Assembly (NCBI RefSeq): GCF_009834535.1
Contig: NC_045696.1
Span: 118,918,001 to 118,982,000, forward strand
DNA: 64,000 nt
Direction of reading: 5' to 3'
Source: Camelus ferus
Lineage: Eukaryota
A program made the position numbers and the translations under genes. Below are positions 11,706-23,599 of this stretch, piece by piece. The notes beneath the pieces were generated by a model. That model did no database searches and was not told the origin of the DNA. It worked only from the letters and a program-made list of their open reading frames with translations. Within the stretch, counting starts at the first letter, position 1; each line of letters starts with the position of its first letter.

Positions 11706-12279
11706 GGAGGTCGAGTCCATTTCTCCTCCCCCTGAATTACACTGGCTTTGTGACCGTCTCGGACCAACATGGCAGGGTAGGGTAGTTCCAATTCTGAGCC
11801 TTGCTTCCAAGAGGCCTAGCAGCTTCTACCTCACTCTCTACAGAGAAGCCAGCAACTCTGTGAGAAATCCGACCACCCTGAGACCCCTGTGCTGTGAAGA
11901 AGCCCAGGGGTCAGTCACATGGCTGGGGGTCACGTCGGGGAGAACAGAAGAAGGCAGCAGACAGGTGGAAGCACGCCCCCAGAGGCACGACTCCGGCTGA
12001 ACCATCCCCGTGGGCTCTCTGCAAACTGAGTCCTTTTAGCTGGGCCCTAGGCTAGGTGAGGTACCCAAGAGCACCTCTCTGCCACGATCTATCTGAATTC
12101 ATGGCCCACAAAATCAATGAACATAGCAAGGGACTTGTTGCTGTAAGTCACTGCGTTTGGAGATGGATAACCAAAACGCTCTGCTTGAGGAGATTTGCCT
12201 GGTGGTTCAGACCACAGATCCTGGAGCCAGACGGCGATGTGGATACTTACCAGCTGGGAGGCCTTGGGTGTATGATGAC

Positions 12280-12640
12280 CGTGCAAGACTGCCCCACTGG
12301 AGGCCCCCAGTGGGCCGTGACTTCCAGTATGCACGCCCTTGGGCAGTGCCTCCCACCCTGCCTCCGGGTGGGCCAGTGGGACGTTACCTAGTAGGAGCCA
12401 CCAGGTAGAGGACTCTGGCTCTCTGACCGAAGAGGTAGCGGGTGTGGAGAAGGAGAGAGACACCCAAACAGCCCCACATGGCCCAGCCCTTCCAGCTCAG
12501 GCGCCCGACACGTGAGAGGAAGAGCAGAACTCGCTTGCCGAGCGCGGCCCACGCCACAAACCAAAAGAAGTAATAAATCAGTGCTGTCTAAAGCCACTCA
12601 GTTTAGGGATGGTATGTAACACAGCGATAAATAAATAGAA
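12280..12640 (+). mobile_element. MaLR (MLT1-type) LTR, internally deleted
   Basis: GGCCCCCAGTG...CCAGTATGCACGCCCTTGG start; GCTGTCTAAAGCCACTCAGTTTAGGGATGGTATGTAACACAGC end. Confidence 0.7.
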
Positions 12641-12799
12641 AGAGTACCCATGAAATAATAAATACGATAAAATCATATTTTACTTACCACACATTAAAAT
12701 TTGTAAAAAGTCAATCAATGCACCACCTAAATTATCTTATGGACCATCAAATAATCCACTTACTTGACTTTGGGAAATATTGGCTTAATGGAACAATAA

Positions 12800-12990
12800 C
12801 GATGATTAATCATAGCAATCATTAATTGAATATCTATTCTTTTCCAGATTCTGGGCTAAGTGGCTTATGTACCTAATCTAATTTAACCCTCCCAACAACC
12901 CTATTGGGTAGGCATTGTTACTAGTCCCATTTTGTAGATGAGGTAAGTGAAGTTCAGAAAGGTGAAGTAATTTGCCAAAGGTCACGCGAG
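12800..12990 (-). mobile_element. MIR SINE
   Basis: CCCATTTTGTAGATGAGGTAAGTGAAGTTCAGAAAGGTGAAGTAATTTGCCAAAGGTCAC. Confidence 0.8.
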
Positions 12991-15900
12991 ACAGTTGATG
13001 TCATTTACAACTTTTTTTTTCAAAAGAATAGAAACTTTCTTTGATCTGGAAGCAAGTGAATGAGATCTACTCTCTCTATAAATGTGTTTTTGAACATGTA
13101 GCTATGAACTGCTGGTATCTTTCTTATATTGTATGCAGGGTCTTCTTCAGGGATAGAGCTGCCTTCTCCGTCAGAAGATTGGCTACAGTCTCCTTGCCCC
13201 CCACCCACCCATCTCCACTCCTCCTGGGGAGCTGTCAGGACCACCGTATTGTCCTCATCAGAGCCATTCTGATTCTAAAAACCAACAGTATATATATAAG
13301 AACTGCTCAGTTTGGGGCTGAGTGCTGGGGTGAGAAGGGAGGGTAAAATCTGACTCCAAGCCTCAAAGACAATTAGTCCACACACCAAAATAGATGCTGG
13401 ACAAAGTAAGTCCATTTAAATTACATGTGGCATTTCAAAGAACAGGTATGTTGCAGAAATTGGGAGGAAGAGAAAAAAACCTGGGGCAGGGGGTGCTGAA
13501 TGGAAAAAGCAACCCTTGCATATCCCAGAAGCGAGCATAGCTTTTGCAAAATTGGAGCTGGGAAGAGAGGGCACTCGAGGTAAAGAACACACCCTAGGAA
13601 GAGATGGTGGTGAGAACAGTCACGGGGCAGAGACAGATCGGGGACAGGAAATAAGTTTGGATCCACAGACCGGAGCACTAAACAGAGACCACGCTGGGGT
13701 GACCTCAGATCCCCAGCCCAGCACAGAGCCCGGCACGTCGTAAGTGCAGTACTCATTGAATACACAGGAGACGGGTCCTCTCCGTGGGCATAAGGAAAGA
13801 ATCACCCATGGAGTATTTGTGGGTAGAGGGCTGGACTGGAGAGAGGAGGTACTTCCAAGGACTATCCAAGGAGGGGTGTCAGAGGCCACACCCACGTCCT
13901 TCCAGGAGGGTCACTGGGGGCGGCGCAAGGAACCCAGGTGGATAAAAGGCCGAGGAGAGGGCACCCCTCCTCAATGGGGCCCCACTGGTCTGGATCAGGG
14001 GCTTCCCCGGCCTGCCCCAGCAGGTGTCCGACACCCAGAGGCTTGCTTATTCCATCCCCCAGAGACTTAGGCAGCTCCATGGCCACTTCCTTCACTGGCC
14101 TCATTCAGAGCTCAAGAACTGTCCTCTCTCTTCCAAAACCAACCTTGGCTTCACAGTGGCCCGCTTCTTCCCTCCAGCAATGGCCACCTCCTTGGCCCCC
14201 CTAATTTCCCCTAGGCCTGACCCACAGTCACAGCCTGCATCCAGGCTGAAGAGGCAGCGAGGTCCCAGGGCTCCCCCGGAGGGGACTCTGAACACTCACT
14301 GCGCTTTGGAGGTGTCCAGTCTCCATCAGCCCCCGGGGTCTGCGCGTTTCCCTCAAAGCCCTTTGACCAGGCCGAACCGCATGCCACGCCTGATGGCCAC
14401 CGGGTGAGACCCTTCTGGAGCAAAATCAGCAAAATCCAGACAGGCCTTGACTGCCTGACCATCCGAGCCTCCCGGCACTGGCACGATGTTTTCACGAACT
14501 TTCTTTGTTCTTCAGGGAACAGTGAGCTTCGGTTTGAGGTTACCTCACAGGAAAAACAATCTGATGTGCGATATGCCAAAGAGGCCGCTGGCAGAACAGG
14601 GCGCGCCGATCCGACCTGGCTCCAGTTAAACAAAGCTGGACTTTTCCTCCTGAGTTAGGCTAAACTGTAGCCCGAGTTTTTTGGTGAAAAGAAATCAGCT
14701 GAAACTCCAGCCGAAGGCTGACCCCTGGGAAACCTTCTAGGAGAATTATAAATAAGCAGAGGAAATCGTTCTGGGGCTCTGCAGAACTAGGAAAGCAATT
14801 TCATAAGCATATCCATTTCCAACAGCACCTCTGCAAAAACAGCTCAATTTGAAATATGCATTTGCATCAGAATAGTCATGAATATTCAAAAGTCAGCCAG
14901 TGTTTCAGAACCATTGTCTATTCCTGGCGCTTTAATCTTCCCCTTGAAAAGCAGATCATGGGTTTTCAAGAAAGGTGGGTTTGGCGGGTGTTTGCACTGC
15001 CGTGCTTGGCAGGAAAGGGGGTGATTAGTTTCTGTTTCTTAATATTAAAGGGAAAAAAAAAGCCTCAGCTGGTGTTAAATCTTTGCTCTTTTTTTCTGGT
15101 CAGGATGTGAATCGTGCCAGAGACCTCGAATCTGGCCTGGGGTGGATATTTTTCTGTTAGGCAGAACTTTCTGTTGGAGAACCCTCGACTTTTTCCTACA
15201 TGCAGGTTTCTCGAAGAGAAGATCTGGCCAGGGTCACATTCCAGATCCATGGAATGTGTACAGCCCTAAGATCTGGGGACTCCCGACTTAGGGCTCCGAA
15301 CTCTCCGGGTCACTTGGGCCCAGCCACGTGTCTTCTGCACTTTAACTTTCCCATTGGTGAAATGAAGACTCCTGCGTGTCCATCCTCCCTCACTCCTTCT
15401 GTCTCAGTTTTCAAAGCTAAATAAGATGATGCTACTTCAGAAAGTGCTTTGAACTCCTTGGAGGAAACTCCAGAGCTGTGGCCAAGTCAGTGGCTGTATA
15501 TCAGAGCTTCCCTCGCCAGAAGGAGATACCATCTTATGATTCACAAGGGATTATCTAAACAGTTTTAATGTTAAGAAAACAAACGCCATTAAAAAAAAAA
15601 AGATACTCACCAGTCCGTCATTGGCTGAGATGACTGACAGCTATTTCTCTCTTTCCTGCTAAAATGTGACTTTCCTAACATGTCTTCCTTGTGTCCCAAA
15701 CTGATAAACGGTTCAATCACAGGTTTAAGGTGGATGATGAGAGAAGATGCGGGAAGGTAGAGTTGGCCCAGACTTAATTTTCCAAGGATTTATCCCTCAG
15801 CCCCCACCACGTTCCAGCTGAAGTTCATCCTATTGTCACCTAAGCTCTGTCTAAATTATTCAATTTATGTGACAAAGTCTTGATGGTATCTCTTTAAGGC

Positions 15901-16143
15901 TGTCAGGGAAGCCGGTGCAGGTGTCAATTCAGGAGTGAAGTCATGGTTACAAAAGTGCCTTGAGTGAAAACTGACAGTGTGGGACGGCTTCCCTGTTCTC
16001 CTGCAACTATTTCCGTATCCAATTTGCAAGATAAAGGATGAGTACCTCCCCACCCTACCCCCAACTTTGAATCAGGCTGTGCTCTTTCTATTTATTCTTC
16101 AGCCTCCTCAGGGGTGGCATCAGATCACCAGGGAGAGTTGAAA

Positions 16144-16904
16144 TGTTGGTGCCGAGGAGGGTTCTGGAGAGAGATAGAATTATATTACCTGTATTAACCA
16201 GGCATTTAAAAATATATATATATATATATACACATTGCTATCATAAGGCTAAAAAGGATCTGAATCAAAGGAAAAATCTGGAGGGGGGTGAGTCAAGATA
16301 GGAGGTTGATATACCCCCTGTGGTTCTGAGGCGGGAAGCCCCATAAAAAGACTGGCAGGACCCCCAGGCAGGGCCACTACTCTCCTGCCAGCACCGTCGG
16401 ATTCCCTGGCCCAGAGGCTCTATCTCACTTTTTACCTCTGAAACTGCTAACTTTCACCTAAAATTCTATTGGTTCCCTGAGCTCACTTCTAATTGGTTAT
16501 TTCCTTCACTCCTGGTTGGTTATTATTCTCATTTCTGATTGGTCCACTTCCCTAACTTCTGATTGGTCCATTTGTAGTACTTCATTTGCATGGAGCTCAC
16601 TCCTGATTGGTTATTTCTCTCACTCCTGATTGGTCTATTTCTACAAAGCTTGTTTCTGGTTGGTCAACTTCTGTTGTACTTTATTTGCATATGATGTTGC
16701 AAAGTGTAAAACTGGCAGCCTATAAAAGGCCTGTGTAAACCTATAGATGGGGTCCAGAGCTTGAAGTGTTAACTCTTCTGGGCCTGCTGGCGTAATAAAC
16801 CTGAGTTCTCCAACTCCCCCAGTGCTGCTTGCTCTCTCGCCCAGATTCAGGTTGCTGTCACAGCTAAGCTGTAACACGGAGCTGTAACACATTTTTCTGC
16901 AACA
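16144..16904 (+). mobile_element. ERV1-type LTR with CCAAT/octamer array (LTR12/ERV9-like architecture)
   Basis: TGTTG...CAACA termini, TATAAAA 16721, AATAAA 16794, repeated GCTGTAACAC in U5; no matching TSD found, so the 5' boundary is tentative. Confidence 0.75.
16468..16727 (+). promoter_or_regulatory. LTR U3 promoter: six ATTGG (inverted CCAAT) boxes, two octamers, TATA
   Basis: ATTGG at 16468, 16492, 16538, 16562, 16606, 16629; ATTTGCAT at 16584 and 16683; TATAAAA at 16721. Confidence 0.6.
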
Positions 16905-16909
16905 TTTTG

Positions 16910-17140
16910 ATGGAGGAGAAATAGCTTCTCTGCTCTTGAACGGGATCCTCTTTAGGTTGCTCTCTGCACAGTCCCGGAGTCCCCGGGGAAGTTGACCTCT
17001 TGCCACCCAGAGCAGTAGCCTGTTCATTCCGGCTTTCCTCCCTCCCTGACTCACTTCCCAATCCCTCACAACACTTCCTGAGATGACCTGCCAAATTAAC
17101 GACTTACACCCAGTTCTTTGTCTCAAGGTCTGCTTTCAAC
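16910..17140 (+). mobile_element. ERVL LTR (LTR16/LTR33-like) 3' part
   Basis: CTTCCTGAGATGACCTGCCAAATTAACGACTTACACCCAG...TGTCTCAAGGTCTGCTT. Confidence 0.6.
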
Positions 17141-17161
17141 AATGTAGGAAGTCCATATATC

Positions 17162-17379
17162 CAGAGGCACTCCCCTCAGAGGCTGATTTTGCCCCCCAGG
17201 GACATTTGGCAAAATCTGGAGACATTTGTGGCTGTCACGACTTGGGGAGGGGTGCTACTGGCAAGTAGTGGGTAGGAACCAGAGGTGCTGCTAAATATCC
17301 TACAAGGCACAGGCAAGTCCCCTACCACCAAAATGATCCAGCCCTAAATGTCGGCAGCATCAAGGATTGGGAGAGCCTG
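17162..17379 (+). mobile_element. MER20 hAT-Charlie relic
   Basis: GATTTTGCCCCCCAGGGACATTTGGCAAAATCTGGAGACATTT...GGTGCTACTGGCAAGTAGTGGGTAG. Confidence 0.85.
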
Positions 17380-18145
17380 CCTTGGAGAACCTGCTCCAGG
17401 TGTGTCATACCATCAGAGGTCCACCCTCGGAGGATGAGCTCATAGACAGGGACCAGCCAGGACATCTAGTTCCTCCTCTGCTTGTGACAACGGAGGTTAC
17501 TTTCTGGGGTGTGGTGATGTCTGCTCCTGCAGCTACGAGTGTGAAAAGAGGACAGAGCTGGCATTTTGTTAGGGCAGCACGGAGCATGACTGGCAACTTC
17601 AGGGCCACCACTGAGGTCCTCCAGGCAAGGAGCCAATTGTGATGATTCTTGGGTGGATCGCTTCTCTTTGCATTACTGAAGAGCCATTGCACACAAGCGT
17701 GTGACATGCTAAAATCATTTTGGGGTTAATTGTGCTATTTTGAACTCAATTTATCTAAACTCCTAAAATAGCGTTCGAGGTACCTAAGTCGGTTCCAGAC
17801 ATCCTAGTAAACATGATTTTCTAGGGCAGCTCATTGTACAGATGGAGAAACTGAGGCTGAGAGCAAGGAGGCTGTTCTTTGTCCCACTACTTGCTGGGTG
17901 CCAAATCAGGACTGGGACCCGGATGTTGGAACTCCCGATCCATTGCTCCTTCACCCAAGGGCAGAAAGGAGCGTACGGGAGAGCCCAGTATTTTCTTGCT
18001 GGCTGGATTATATAAACCCAGCATATGGCTAACCTCGAAGCCAGCAGTTTCTCAAAATTCTCCAATCCTAGGAAGCATCAGTCTCAGGATGGTAAGCTGC
18101 GCCCATCTTTTATTGTACCTTCAAAAGGGGGAACCACAACAACAC

Positions 18146-18146
<1 letters not shown>

Positions 18147-18186
<40 letters not shown>

Positions 18187-18190
18187 TCAC
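18147..18190. repeat. (CA)n microsatellite
   Basis: Run of about 17 AC units with a degenerate end. Confidence 0.95.
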
Positions 18191-18580
18191 TCTCTAAGCC
18201 TTATCCTGGAAAACAATATAGGAAATTTAGCTTTAACTTTTTTTTTTTAATTCCAGGTGAGGCTCCAAAAGAGAAAAGTGAAATCAAGTTGATGCACAGA
18301 ATCCCAAGGAGTTTTGTCTTCGATTTCTTAAGAAGATGTAGTCGTTAACTAGAGAAAACAGCCAATAACCAATAAGAGCTCTTTAAAGAAGTTTGCACAT
18401 TTACATCTGGGGAAGATTGCAGGTATCAGCTCATTTCATGGCTTTCCTTTACAAATAAGGAAACAGGGGTACAGAGAAGACAGGAAACATGTCCAACTCC
18501 ACTCAGCAGGGGCTAGAACATTCCCTGCCCATTACTGTGAAATACTCCTCTGAAGGCAATTTTCTATTATGGTTCTCATT

Positions 18581-18619
18581 AAAAAAAAAAAAAAAAGAAG
18601 AAGAAGAAGAAGAAGAAGA
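18581..18619. repeat. A-tract grading into (GAA)n
   Basis: A16 followed by about 7 GAA units. Confidence 0.9.
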
Positions 18620-19524
18620 TACTCATCAAGTAAGGACAGAGTTCTAAGCTAGAGTGTTTGTGTGCAGTCCAAGGGGCAAAAAACAAGAGGTGGAGGGAAA
18701 TTCGTTCCCTGACAGGAATTTCTGAATTGTTTCCTTCTGGGGTCATCTAGCATTTGAATCTTCTTTATGGTTCCATGAAAAGGTAAATTGCTACCAAGCT
18801 CCCGATGACCAGCTTGGGAGAGTAGGTAGCACTTAACTGGAAGTGAGACGTACGTGGGGTGTGCAGCCACACAGGCTTAGTCATCAGAGACTACAATTTC
18901 ATTTTTGCAACTCTATGCCTTTAATTAGAAAATCAAAATCAACTTAAGGCAGCTTTTTTCTTTAGATGGTTGATACAGTTCTTTAATTTTGAGAAAATGA
19001 CCAGTAAATTCACATGTTGTGCTTCTGCTTAATTCTTCTATTCTAACTGGACCGCATGAGCACTTCAGTCTTAGAAAAGGTCCTATTTGTTTTCCTGGAA
19101 ATTAGCACGATGCCTGGCACTCAGTAATTATTCAGCATGTCGAATGAATGAATGAATGAATGAGTGAGTGATTGCTCTAGAAGGCATTCTGCCTTGCCGG
19201 GAATTATTAGTAAACGCAAGTCTATTTACTTTTCACAAGTGTGTTTAAATTTTCCCATCTTGATATTTCTTATAACCCGAGTCAGTCTCAGAACACCCCT
19301 CTTTTGTACAATAATAATTCAAGGAAGGAATTACTGAAACAGAAGCCTGAATAGAAATGCAAGTCATCGTTTCAAAAATCGCTCCTCCCTTCTTGTAGAA
19401 AGTAATCTTTAACTAGGAAACAAGACACAGAAAGCAGGAGTTACAAAGCTGGAGTGTCACCTCCCTGTCTCTGGTTAGCCTTTACTGTTTCATGTTAGTA
19501 CATTATCAGTGCTGGTGGCCGTGC

Positions 19525-19750
19525 AGTGGTGTGGCTGTGAGCGGGGACTCTGGAATCAGGCAGACACAAAGTGAAGCCTCAGCCCTGCCGCCTAACAGCC
19601 ACGTGACCTTGGACAAGTTACTTCTCCTCTCTGGGGCCTTGGTGTCCCCGTCTGCATTGCAGCATCCATCTCATAAGGCTGTTGGGAAGATTCAGTGAAT
19701 TACACACAGAGGGGGTCTGGCATACACCAGATACCCACCAAATGTTAGAA
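19525..19750 (+). mobile_element. MIR SINE
   Basis: GTGACCTTGGACAAGTTACTTCTCCTCTCTGGGGCCTTGG core. Confidence 0.75.
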
Positions 19751-19834
19751 AAACAAACAAACCCTCCACCTGCTTGTGACCTTGCTCTTCCACCACCGGA
19801 GTGCACGCAAGACCTTGATTATCTATCCCTCAGG

Positions 19835-20258
19835 TGTCTACTGCAAAATGTAGTGGCCCAAAAGAGTAAGAATGTCGTTGTATTTTATGATTCTGGGGAT
19901 GAACTGGGTGGTTTCTGCTGGCCTCACCTGGGCTCTCAGGAAAAGTCATCTAGGGACTAGACCCAGCGTGAACAGCTGGGCCGCTGGCCTCCGAACGGGG
20001 CCCTGCACCTGGGCGTCTCCCAGACAGAGAAGCCACAGGGCAGTGCTGCAGATGCGCCAAGGCAGAGGCTGCCTGAGGTCGCGGGTCCGAGTGTGCAGAC
20101 GACTTCCGCCACATCCCACTGGTCCAAGCGAGTCGCAGGACCGGCCCAGGTTTAGGAGGGTGTAGGCTGCGCCTCTGGCTGGAGGAGCCGCAGTCACACT
20201 GCACAGCGCCCTGCTTACGGGAATGGGGTGACTTGGTGCTCATAACCCAGTCTGCCAC
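19835..20258 (-). mobile_element. MaLR (MLT1-type) LTR, unusually GC/CpG-rich
   Basis: ACTTCCGCCACATCCCACTGGTCCAAGCGAGTCGCAGGACCGGCCCAG; ends TCTGCCACA. Confidence 0.65.
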
Positions 20259-21620
20259 ATTATCCCTTCAACTGGCCCCACGTACCCCTTCTTGGACTAT
20301 ATTTTCCCAACCCTCCACTTTCACTTTGCAGAATCACACAGCCAGTCAGTGAACAGAGAGCTTGTGCCCTGAAGTGCGGTGCAATCTAGGGACACTCAAA
20401 TCTATGGACAAATTCAGAAAGAGCCACCTTCTAAGAAAGAAGCCAACATGAACCCATGACCATGATCACGGCTGTCTATCTCCCTGAAATAATCCAGACT
20501 TGAGACTTAATAGAGTTGTTTTACTTGAGTCACACAGCGCTATTGGGATGAGAAGTAACTGGCGTGAAATGTAATTATTAAAAAGTCATGTATAAACGTG
20601 TGGATTTAACTTGGCATGAAAGTTTTTAGGAATAAAAAGAGAGTGATGAGGTGGTGACAGATAAGGCAGAAACTGCTTCCCCAGCCTCCTCCTGAGCTAG
20701 GTCCAGGCCTGTGACCTGGGGCTCCTCCCATCTGAGGCTCCCATCAACACTTCAAGTTGTCAGCTAGTGATGCAGGGCAGGCGGGACCACCCGGAAGTCT
20801 TGTGGGTGAAGATATCCAGCTGCCAGAGCCCGTGGGGGTGAAATTCTAGAATTCAGTGGTGTAGCCTGCAGTATCTGGGCCCACTGGGATGTCCACGGGA
20901 CCAGTCCTGGGGGCGTCGTCTGGGGATGGTCCAGGCTGCCTGCCCCCTGCGTTAGACTCTCTAATCCTCCAAGAGATTCTGTGAGCTACCTCTACCTCCT
21001 GGAATAAATTCCATTTCTATTTAACTGGTTTAAAAGCGCTCTGTAATTTACGAAGAAAACCCCTGCTGGTACCTTCATGGAACTAGGTTGTTCGGTCAGT
21101 AGAGAGCTCTGCTCAGGACAGTGTATTGGACTCTGGCAGAGGTTAGATGAAACCGGGTCCTCTCCACCCTGCTAGGTGGCAGCACAGGAGTGTGCCACTC
21201 AGGTCCCCCCAGGGACAACCTCGTGGGATGCACCTGCCACTGCCTGGCATCCACCACGGTGTTGTGGCCGAGGCCACGATCTCCTGGGGTTGCCTCCTGG
21301 CAGTGACCCAGTTCAATGGGAGTGCCAGCACTCAGATGCTTCTGTGCTGGGTCTGCTCAGAGCTGTGCTTTTCAGGTCTTACTTAAGAAGTCCTTCCTTT
21401 CCCTGAAGGTCAGAAAAAACACGAACCTGTATTTCTTACTAATAACTTTCAAGTTATGCTCTTCTAACGAACGACTTGAATTCATCTGGAGGTACTGTGG
21501 CGGATGGTAGGAGCAGAGGTCAGTTTCATCTTTATACACACGGATAAGCATATTTTTAGTTCCGCTTCTTACAGAGTCCCTCTTTTCCCCACAGCCAAGA
21601 CAATCCTATCACATATCAAA

Positions 21621-21711
21621 GGGGAGAGGGTATAGCTCAAGTGGCAGAGCGCATACTTAGCATGCACAAGGTCTAGGTTTCAATCTCTGGTACCTCCACT
21701 TAAAAAAAAAA
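21621..21711 (+). mobile_element. tRNA-derived SINE head fused to an L1 tail
   Basis: GGGGAGAGGGTATAGCTCAAGTGGCAGAGCGCATACTTAGCATGC...TACCTCCACTT(A)10. Confidence 0.85.
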
Positions 21712-22202
21712 TTTGCAGCAACATGGATGGACCTAGAGATCACCATTTTAAGTGAAGTAAGCCAGAAAGAGAAAGAAGAATACCATATGATATCACTCAT
21801 ATGCAGAATCTAAAAAAAGAAAAGAAAGACATTATGAACTCATCTACAAGACAGAAACAGACCTGCAGACGTAGTAAACAATCTTATGATTACCTGGGGA
21901 AAGGGGGTGGGAGGGGATACATTTGGGAATTTGAGATTTACAAATGTTAGCCACTATATATAAAAATAGATTCTTAAAAAGGTTTTGCTGTATAGCACAG
22001 GGAACTATGTTAAATATCTTATAATAACCTTTACTGAAAAAAAATAGGAAAACAAATACATGTATGTATCTGCATGACTGGGACATTATGCTGTACACCA
22101 GAAATTGACACATTGTAACCGACAGTACTTCAATTAAAAAAAAATAAATAAATTGAAAATAAAATAATCATTCAATTGTAAAAAAAAAAAAAAAAAAAAA
22201 AA
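21712..22202 (+). mobile_element. Young L1 3' end with long A-tail, inside an old minus-strand L1M (~21500-22490)
   Basis: TTTGCAGCAACATGGATGGACCTAGAGAT...CAGTACTTCAATTAAAA...A23. Confidence 0.9.
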
Positions 22203-23349
22203 GCTCCATTGTATGTAGGTCTGTTTCAGAGCTATTTTGTACCATCAGTCAGTTTATCTATTGTGGTGCTGGTACCGCACCATCTTAATGACAACAGCTT
22301 CACAATAAGTCTGGGCATCTGTAAGGGAAGACCCCTTCCTAACTCCCCTTCTCCAGAAATGCCTCCACTGTCTTGGGACCCTTACTCTTCCAGATAACTT
22401 TGAGACTTAGCCTCCTAAGTCAATGAAAAACCCTACTGAGGTTTGTTTATCTTTGAATTGCATTGAATCTAAAGATCAACTTGGAGGAATTTGACGTTTT
22501 TTCTTTTACTTTTTTTTTGGCTTTGGAGCGGGGGATGCCTTAGGATTAAATGCCTGGCTGCCTGCTGTTCTACAACTAGATATGGGTGAATTGATGACTC
22601 CTTATACAAACCCTTAATTAGTGTCTGTTTTTAGCCTCCTTTCTCATTCCCCCATCACCTGATTCTGAGTCCAGAGACTGAGAATCAGTTCCAGAGATCA
22701 CTCTTCTTTGCTGTACCTGAGAGGCAATTTTCATGTTCTCATTTATATCCCTAGGATTTTTCTACAAGGAATAAGCATTATTATTGCAATAAGACAAGGA
22801 AACAAGATGGTTACCTCATTCCCTTGGTGGCAGCTCACAACTCCATCAGTCAACTTCCTCAGCATCCACGTGGCCGGTGTGCTCTCCCAGGTCCATGGCA
22901 GACACTGGTAATCAGTCATACCCACCTGCCTGATGCACCTTGTCATCAGAATCCTTCTTAACACAGCCTCACAGGGAGCCATTGTGAATTTAGCCTCTAA
23001 AAAAACCCTGTTTGCCATCCTAGGATGTGATGAATTCACTCTTCCTTCTAGATCTATATTCCATGAATAACTCTGAAGGATACAGTCCAGGGAGGTGGGA
23101 ATAGCGCTGCATGTGGGACCGGCTGCCCCGGCGTGCAGGTCTGCCTTTGCCAGCCTCTAATAGGTGATTTATTTTTCCCCTTGTAACAGTCACCTTCCTC
23201 ATCCCCAAGCTTCCTCTTCTGTGAAGTCCGGAGGTTGACCTAAGTGCTAGCCTGAGGTCCCCCATCTGCTGTTAACACCCTGACATCCTCAGTTCCGCTT
23301 CCCCCCAGGAGCTCAACGCAGGCAAAGAAAACAATAATGGTCAGACCAC

Positions 23350-23580
23350 CACACATCAAGGGCCTTCTTGCTGTGAAGCACTGTGCTAAGCACGTCTCGT
23401 GTCTTATTATCTCATTTCCTACTCATGTATTTCGCGCTGGTTAGTCTCCATTTCAAAGAAGACACGGAGGATTAGAGAGGGAAAGTGACTTGTTTGAGGT
23501 CATCCAGTAGGTCCGTGGATACAGATTGGAACCCAAATCTGACCAGGGCAAATGCTGCTATACACTGCCCTGACCCTCAC
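23350..23580 (-). mobile_element. MIR SINE
   Basis: CTCCATTTCAAAGAAGAC...AGAGAGGGAAAGTGACTTGTTTGAGGTCA. Confidence 0.65.
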
Positions 23581-23599
23581 AGCACCTGTTCCAGTGCAT

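Larger units (their letters stand above)
11081..12177 (+). mobile_element. MaLR (MLT1-type) LTR hosting the U6-L1 insertion
   Basis: TGTGGTAG start; TCAAGAAGTGGGGTC|...CATTTCTCCTCCCCCTGAA...GACCACCCTGAGAC...GTAAGTCACTGCGTTTGG. Confidence 0.7.

Noticed and set aside
10125..12783. A single old hAT-Charlie element (ends ATTTCCCAAGCTTCAG... and ...CTTTGGGAAATATTG) enclosing MADE2, L1MC, MLT1s and U6-L1
   Set aside because: The ends are suggestive but too degenerate to show by eye that they belong to one element.
16468..16690. CRISPR-like regularly spaced repeats
   Set aside because: Eukaryotic context; the units are degenerate tandem LTR U3 repeats with no unique spacers or cas genes.
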